DNA of 44,578 nucleotides. Source: Bigelowiella natans CCMP2755 (lineage: Eukaryota; Protista; Cercozoa). The translations under genes and the position numbers were made by a program. The stretch's first letter is position 1, and each line of letters begins with the position of its first letter. Below, piece after piece: positions 37,200-44,578 of this stretch. The notes beneath the pieces are model-generated. The model was not told the DNA's origin. It did no database searches and saw nothing but the letters and a program-made list of their open reading frames with translations. Location: assembly GCA_000320545.1 (NCBI GenBank), contig ADNK01002440.1:1-44578 (forward strand), read 5' to 3'.

Positions 37200-38304
37200 G
37201 ACAGACATACTGAGAGGGATCGGGGAGGGAGGGAGGGAGGGAAGGGGAGCTAGGGTCAGTTTGGAAATGAAAATCCAAAACGAGGAGAAAAAATGAACGT
37301 GTCCTCGTCTCTCAATTAATAAGCGCAGTTGAATGAGCGCAATGCGATCCTACAAGTTGTTTTTTCGCTGTCAACCTGAAACAGCTTGCAACAGATACGA
37401 TGGTGCATGGTTATGTCTATCCTTCCTTTTTGGAGCGATATAATTATTACGCCGAGGCATGAGAGAATGACAACAGTATATGATAACTGACATACATTTG
37501 CTTCATTACCGTCTGCAGCACCGATATCTGGTATTTGATAACTAACATATATTAGCTCCACCCCCGTATTCAAATTCGTTCTCTGGTGATATTGAAGTCG
37601 ATGCCGATGAAAATGTTTACCTGACTATGGTATGTAGACCGATTTTTTGGCACCACCCCAAACACAAACACGTGAACAAATAGAGGGGTAGATACACGTG
37701 AACAAATGGAGAGGGGGAGGGAGTGAGAGAGAAAGGGAGAGATCGCAGTTTTCATCCGAGAAGAGGATCAGAAATTAACGATTGCAATCTAAGCTCGCAT
37801 GCTAAGAACAGAAGTTGGCCATTTATTGTTTATGTTGGTTCAACTTCTGCATGAATATCCCTGCAATTTGATTAATGGATTTTCCTTCATAAATAGCGCT
37901 GCATATTTACACAGGCAGATTCATACATCGCGAGTAGAGAAACCACCTCAACTCACATACAGCCGCTTGCGGGCTCCAATAGTGGTCGATCATGAAATAA
38001 CTACACAAAAATTCACAAGAATAGTGCACATAAGTTCCGCAGCGAATTATGCATCCGAGAGCAGAATATAACACATTGCATATGCATGCACACACGCACG
38101 CGTGCACGCACGCACGCATGCACACACACACACACTCACAGCTCGAACATTATTACTCTAAGTCCAAGAATGTTATGTTTTTAATACAGGTTCTCAAGGT
38201 TACGTAGACGGAGGCGGCATAGCGTGCAGATTTGATACCCCTGGCCAGATGCGATACGACAACGCGACCGGGAGACTATACGTTTTGGATGTACTATATC
38301 AGAG

Positions 38305-38358
<54 letters not shown>

Positions 38359-38768
38359 AAGACTGCAGCTTCCATACCTTTTATTTTTATCTCCTTATGT
38401 GCTATTATCCGATCGGTTGTGGAACACTGAGCATGTCCATCTTTTGCTGCTGCTGCTGCTGCTGCTGCTGCACCCCACAATACTAATTTTGGAGCTGTCT
38501 TTCTCCCAAGAAGAAAAGCTTCCAGTGCTAATATAGGAGACATCGATTTGCTTATAAATGCTTATACCCACCAGAAAGGCAGAATGATTCGTTATGTAAA
38601 AGCTGGGACATGTTATACCTTTGCCGGACGGCAGACGACGGGTTTATTAGATGGTAATTCAAAACATTTCCCTTCGTGACTGGTCTCGAAACTTTTCGCG
38701 CCTACAAAGAGGATCACCCCGTTTCCCCCTTGAATATATAACAATATATATAAATTATAAAAAAAAAA

Positions 38769-38815
<47 letters not shown>

Positions 38816-41620
38816 ATATTTATGTGTGTGTGTGTGTGTGTACGAGCGTCGTGCGTTTGTGTTTGCTAATTCTACATACGGACCGTAAAAGGACCGCGAC
38901 TTTCAGCCAGATTCGACAACGCGAAGTCGCTTTCGCTTTACCCGCCCGGCCAAACCAAAAAAAGCACGGAGCTGATATTCGTAGCCGACCAGAGTAATAA
39001 TTGTATCCGCATGTGCAACGTCACAACGGGCATAGTAACGACACTTGCTGGATCTCGGACCTCTGGCTTGGTGGATGGAGAGGGGCGAATAGCACGATTG
39101 AGCGCTCCATTGGCTGTAGTGAACTATGAGGACAGCAATAGCAACGACATCATCGTTTTCACTATAGGAGGAAATAATAAGGTTGTCCGAAGAATCAATG
39201 TTGCGACGACGGAAGTAACAACTCCTTGCTTGGAAAGGTATCCTGTCTTTTATACCTTTCTCTCCCCCCCCCCCCCCTCCCCCCTCCTCCTCTCTCCTCC
39301 CTACCTATGCCCCATCATCCTCACTCTGCATCTCGCCAGCCCACGTTTTGTACTTGTGATGTATTGTTCATCCATAGATAATGGTCGGTGTTTGTGTGAC
39401 TCTTCATAAATTCTAGGCGCGTTCTCCCAGCCCGATGCGTGGTCTCCGCTGTCCATGACGATCGACCGTTTCTACAATCCCCCGCACCTCTACATCTCTG
39501 AAGGCCTGACTAGTTTTCATATAGTCGGGGTTGACGTCGGTGATATGTACCGACACGTTGTTTCAGGAAACGGGACTAGCGGAGCCGCAGATGGTCCTGT
39601 GCCTCCGCATGCTTTCAATCTTGCACTCACGCACGGCTCTCTGTGTTGTTGCTGATGCTGCTGCTGCTGCTGCCGATGATGATGATGATGTTAGTGTGTC
39701 CTCCACGCCACGAGAATCCATGCTACCACATCCGCAGTAGTAGCAGATTCACTTTCTCGAATAATGCTAAGAAACGGAAAGTGAGTATGACAGAGTCCTG
39801 TTTACGAGCTCAATTTACCCCAGAACGAGCAAGAATTTTAACCAATTCTCGCCTTCATACTGATAGGTATTGACAATAAGGGACAATTAGGATACCCTGC
39901 CTCTATTAAATTGTATCGTGGTACTGACAATCACTTGAAGATCTACGTTTGCGACACAGTAATTCTTTCTTTCACATGAGAACAACAACCGTAAATGGTT
40001 GGTCGATGGTGGAGCATGTGAGAGAATAATAATAATAATCACGGAAACGGTGCGATGATGCAATGCGTGCTACGAGCTAGCATATTCTACGGCAGAATTC
40101 CTCCTTGTCTTCATCATGCCACGGGAACTCTTTTATGCGAACAGTCGGACCGTTTCTCAAAAACGCTTTCTCTCGAAACTCCTCTCCCGTGCTGTACAAC
40201 AATTTTCTGGGATATTTCTTTGTGCGTTATTTTTGTGCGCGCTCAAGTTTTGGGCACCCAACGCGGTGCCAAGCAAAAATATAACCTCTGCCCACCTTCC
40301 CTCTATTTTGCTCTTCTTGTCGTTCGGCTGTCTACTGAATCCGACAGCTCTGGTACAAAGTGCGAGTGGTGACGGAGTTAACGACAATGAATCCCACAAC
40401 AACGGGTAAGCAATAGATTTGTGACTAGTGTTTCACAAGTAATGGTAGTAGAATCTCCAAAGTCGGAAGAGGCCCGTATACACGAAAAGAAAATATTCAC
40501 AAGCACGCACACACACACACACACACACACGCACGCACGCACATATACACATACACACTGTTTGCTTTCAACGCGATCGTTGCATCATTCCTCGAGAAGA
40601 AAGATTCGATGTGTTATCTTTCTTTCGGTGGCTTCTTCCTCGCTGAGCTGTTTGTTGTCGTGATGACCAAACAGGACCTACTACACACGGACCTACTACA
40701 CAAGGGCCTACTACGTGTGCACCTACCTCCTCTCCTTCATCCAGCCCATCCACTGCCACTCCTTCATTCACCCCGTCCACTGTCAGTCCATCAACGTTCT
40801 CCCCCACGAAGGTAATAATAAGACAGCCGGCACTTCTCTCCTCTGCAGGAAAATCTTAGTATACGGGATTAGCCAGGACGAATCACGCCCGTGACATGCA
40901 CGCAATACATACAGATGTGCACGCGCGAGCACACTAGAAACAAAAAGGGAGATGTGAAACTCAGCATTCTTATTCTTCTACTTCCTATTGCAGGTGGGGC
41001 CTACACCTATTTCAGCGCAGTTCTCCGACACGTACCAATCGGTGCGTATAAGCTTCCACCGCAATACAAATCAGCCGGCTGCGCTGACCCTGAAAGCGAC
41101 CTGCGATGCCCTACTTCAGCCTTTTTCCGTGGCATTACTCGGCACAAATTACGGGTGATGAGCTGCTTACGACGATGAAGAAGGAGAAGAAGAAGATAAT
41201 GATGATGATGATGGTCATGATGATGATGACGCCGATGAGCATGTGCGCTTATTCCGTGCGTGATTAGTCCCTGCGGTCACTTTGTGATGGTTCTGCTGTC
41301 GCCTTTCTTCTTCCTATGATGTTCTTCATCTCCGCTGCTCTTTGGCCTTTTGGTTGCCACCACCACTTTATACTCTCCCACCTTCTCATTCCGTTCTCCA
41401 TTTTCGAACAATACTCAGCTGCTATTGGGAGGGCCCAAAAGCGTTTGTTGTCACGCTGGGGGAGGGCTTTCTTCTCGTACCGGGAAATGCTCTGACTCTC
41501 ATCAAGAGCACCATTCAGGCTGAGAACAATGCGCTTGAGAAAAATGGCGATTCAGCAGTGGTAAGAACTGTCATTTTACATGTAGAATTACTGATTGTTG
41601 ACAGAAGATGTGAACCAGAC

Positions 41621-41654
<34 letters not shown>

Positions 41655-41799
41655 AAACATAGTCTACTACTTATTCATGAGAGAGATAGTAAATAATAAT
41701 ATGTGTGCGTGAGTAAATCATTCTCTTCCAGTTGCCACTATTCCCTAAGCCATTTGTTTTCTTCGTTGTTCACTGTCCTTAATCTCAACCTCCCTCACC

Positions 41800-41840
<41 letters not shown>

Positions 41841-42200
41841 TCGCCCCTCCCCGCACATACACATATCCGTTTATTGTTCTCGCTTCCAACTTGGAGATGT
41901 AGCTTTATCAATATTAACTCTCTTTTTATACAAGGTGGTCTCGCGCGCATCGACGAATATAGACGTCAGCGTCGTGATTGTCGGCGAAACGGTCATTGGA
42001 ACGTGCGGTGGTGTGGCGGAATTGACGGCTAACGGAGAAGGATCGATTGCGAAGCCATTCACGTGAGATATAGCTACTCTCCTTATCATTTCTGCGTTAC
42101 TGGATATTTCGAGTATTTATCGGGATAATGCAGGGAGGAGCACCGTTCTTATTACTACAGGATTTTGATTCCTATTAGTGTTGGTCTCACACGTCAGTTC

Positions 42201-42247
<47 letters not shown>

Positions 42248-44117
42248 TTCCTCTCTTCCCGCTATCACTTCTCATAATCTACATAGTCTTATGCGAATCG
42301 TGTGTGAACGAGACTTGTGTGATGTTTGCGTGCTTGTATATGTGTGATGGGCGTACGTGCAATGGTATGTAGTGTAATTACGTCAACATATATATGCACC
42401 GAATACAGATATACCTGGAGTATCGTCAACAACACGGGCTTGGACTGGGAGAAGTCTCTGGATGCCCTCGCACAGCAGACAACGACAAGCGTCCTCGCTC
42501 TCAACGGAAGTATGATCCCGCTGGGAGCGAATGTGACCGTTGCGGTGTCGGTCAAAAACTGGCTGAACGACTCTGCGACAGCGCAGTTTGGCTTGTCAAA
42601 GGTAGTGGTCGATGTTTGCGTGTCTCCCATCCTTTCGCTTTCTTCACTTACGACTCACTATTTATCATAATCATTATCATCGCTATTAATCACCATTATG
42701 TTATTATCATTGGCTTGCTGCTGCTGCTCTTTTATCGACAACGAATATTTGCCTGCTGCACCAAGGTTGGCACTGTCGTCCCATCGCTGACTCTTCCCAG
42801 CTCAAGCAACATCACAGCAAGAAGGAGCAGACAAACGGACATTAATGTGCAGGTATTATTATTATTATTATTATTAGTAGTAGTAGTAATAGTAGTAGTG
42901 GTAGCAGTTGTAGTAGCCCACTGCTGCATACAGTCTTCCAACCACATATGTTAAAAAGGAGAAGCATCTTCCTTGCGATATTTCTCCACGTCCAATGAGA
43001 GAAGAGGGCGGTTGCAAAACTCCGCCCGCCACAAAAAGATATTGGGTTGCTTCTTTTTTACGCTCATCACACCTTTCGAACTTAGAAGCTGTTGTCTGTG
43101 TTTCCCCCCCCCACCCTCCCCACCCTCCCCCCCCTCCCAAGGTCCGCACGCCAAAATGCCTTCCAAACCTCCGAGTCGACGCGTTCTGGTCGCAGGTCAC
43201 AGGGCCCCATGCTATTTCGATCACGAATACGCGCTCCGCGTACCTGCGCATCCCAGCTTTCTCGCTGGACGTTCTCGCCACGTACCAGCTGCGGTTTGTG
43301 GCCAGGGCTGTGTCGCAGCAAACAAACGCCACTTTAGGCCAGCAATCGGTGGATTTCTATCTGAAGGTTGAGAACGAAGATCTAGAGGCCACGATTGCGG
43401 GAGGTGCGTTGGCGTAGGTAGTCGTGAGCATGCATGAGTGCGCGTGGTGTGTGGTGCGTGGTACGTTGCGGGGATACTCATGACTGCAGGGCTGAAGGGG
43501 GGGGGGGGGGACGGGGGAAGGGAGCAAGCGGGAGATGAAGAAGCCTAAAGCCGCAGGAGAGTGACTGATGTTTATCCCCACAGTTTTATTTCATCCTCCT
43601 CCACTAGCCTTTCCATCTTTCTTTAAATCCTTTCTTTCTTTCTTTAAATCGTCCCGTTCTTCTTCTCTTAGGTTCTTCACGCACCATCCCAGTGTCCGGA
43701 AATGCGTACGATATCAACTTCGACGCGTCGGCCTCTATCGATCCCGCCTACCCCTTAGCAGCATCCGGCCTTTCGTTCAACTGGTCGCTGTTCCAAGTCG
43801 TCTCCTCCTCGCTGACTCCCGTAAGTCTGAGCTCATCCAGCGGCGCTACTTTGTCCCTTTCCACCGCTCAACTCAGTGCCGATAGGTAGTTGACGAATCA
43901 TCGATATATAACACCACAAGAAAGCGAGAAAATAACATAAAATCAGAGCACATCGTTTTAACGCCCAATTCTCCCACACACATCCTTCGTCTTCAATATC
44001 TATCTTTTCCTCTTCAGTGAATACTTGATGCGAGTGAACGTGTCCACAAATCGCTCGCAATCGATCACAGCGGTGGCGTCGCAGACTATCATCACCACAT
44101 CTCTTCCAGCACCAAGG
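36681..44117 (+). CDS. Large surface protein: signal peptide, NHL-repeat beta-propeller, Pro/Thr/Ser linkers, REJ (PKD/REJ, polycystin-1-like) region; 3'-partial
   Basis: Leader MAAKLLVGVAAVLLAHAPLAKG and SPT repeats. NHL motifs: LAGSNSGSQGYVDGGGIACRFDTP, ARFDNAKSL..IFVADQSNNCIRMCNVTTGIVTTLAGSRTSGLVDGEGRIARLSAP. A GPTTxGPTT linker follows. REJ-like segments: AQFSDTYQSVRISF..CYWEGPKAFVVTLG..YTWSIV..TVAVSVKNWL..LEATIAGG..FDASASIDP..LSFNWS. The last visible exon is ~44018-44117 and no stop is reached in the window. Confidence 0.78.
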
Positions 44118-44578
44118 GTATTTAAGCCTAACTAGCAACATCTAAAGTGAGACGATGACAGAATAAGCGCAGTTGTTGTTGTTGTTGTTGAAGTATTGCT
44201 GGGGACAATAACAGTGGTTTCATAAGACGTGCGGGAGAAGGAGAAGAGGGAGAATAGGGGGGGGGAAGAAGGGGGTGGGTGAATTTTATGTTATTTTCTC
44301 GCTTTCTTGACGAACTCAATATCCCCCCCCCGTCGACTACGTATGGGGACTGAGCTGTCTGTGGGTGTGTAGCTCGGGGAAGGATCTCATCGACCGAAGA
44401 ATACTTGTATTTTTGGTACAAGCCAGGTAGGGTTTTTCCAGGGCAGGAAAACTATCCGGCAAAGGGTATCCTTGTGAGAGGGATCGGGGGGGGAGATGTG
44501 GTGGCATCTCATTTGGATTCAGAGAAACGTCGTTCCAAACAAGTAGAGAGGGTGGATAAATTATCCAAAAAATCCCCA

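Larger units (their letters stand above)
6..44270. repeat. Dense dispersed microsatellites: (AT)n, (AG/CT)n, (AC/GT)n, (CAT)n, (TAG)n, poly-C/poly-G, mostly intronic
   Basis: Examples: (GA) 6-50, (AT) 326-359, (GT) 1717-1748, (TGA) 14905-14938, (TAC) 15491-15522, (TA) 28584-28651, (TA) 33941-34008, (GTA) 41621-41653. Confidence 0.97.

Noticed and set aside
37316-37573. Minus-strand ORF with NHL-like words (ELIYVSYQ, GAADG), suggesting an inversion
   Set aside because: Plus-strand exons (e.g. APPPYSNSFSGDIEVDADENVYLTM) splice in phase through this region, so the resemblance is coincidental.
1-44578. CRISPR arrays, rRNA/tRNA genes, transposases, retroelement ORFs, operon-like defence systems
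   Set aside because: No repeat-spacer arrays, cloverleaf or rRNA-like sequence, or RT/transposase motifs seen by eye. A covariance-model scan was not possible, so small RNAs are not excluded.

Overview
Eukaryotic nuclear DNA: gene-dense, with GT-AG introns full of microsatellites. The six-frame ORF track is mostly fragments and repeat artefacts, so I rebuilt gene models by hand-splicing. About ten genes are present. (1) The 3' part of SIN3 (PAH3, HDAC-interaction and Sin3_C regions), with a 742-bp tandem duplication at the window start. (2) An intronless PPR protein with a degenerate SMR-like C-terminus. (3) An ADP-ribosylglycohydrolase-family protein with non-canonical metal motifs. (4) An MDR quinone-oxidoreductase-like gene of about 20 exons. 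(5) A GT11-type fucosyltransferase-like protein. (6) An HCF173/At4g18810-like Rossmann+CIA30 protein with a bipartite signal+transit leader. (7) A small twin-CX9C protein. (8) A secreted protein with a Cys-rich domain, a Pro/Thr stalk and four lectin-like beta-sandwich repeats. (9) A doubtful orphan. (10) The 5' part of a large NHL-repeat + mucin + REJ (polycystin-1-like) surface protein. The bipartite leader and intron style suggest an alga with a secondary plastid, most likely a chlorarachniophyte (inference only). No rRNA, tRNA, CRISPR or transposase was seen, and no clear-cut new multi-gene system can be demonstrated. The best leads are: very weak 5' splice sites together with 5' G-run/3' C-run intron architecture (possible structure-bridged splicing); CTAG/CATG-palindrome-rich zones between convergent genes; and two unusual modular surface proteins.
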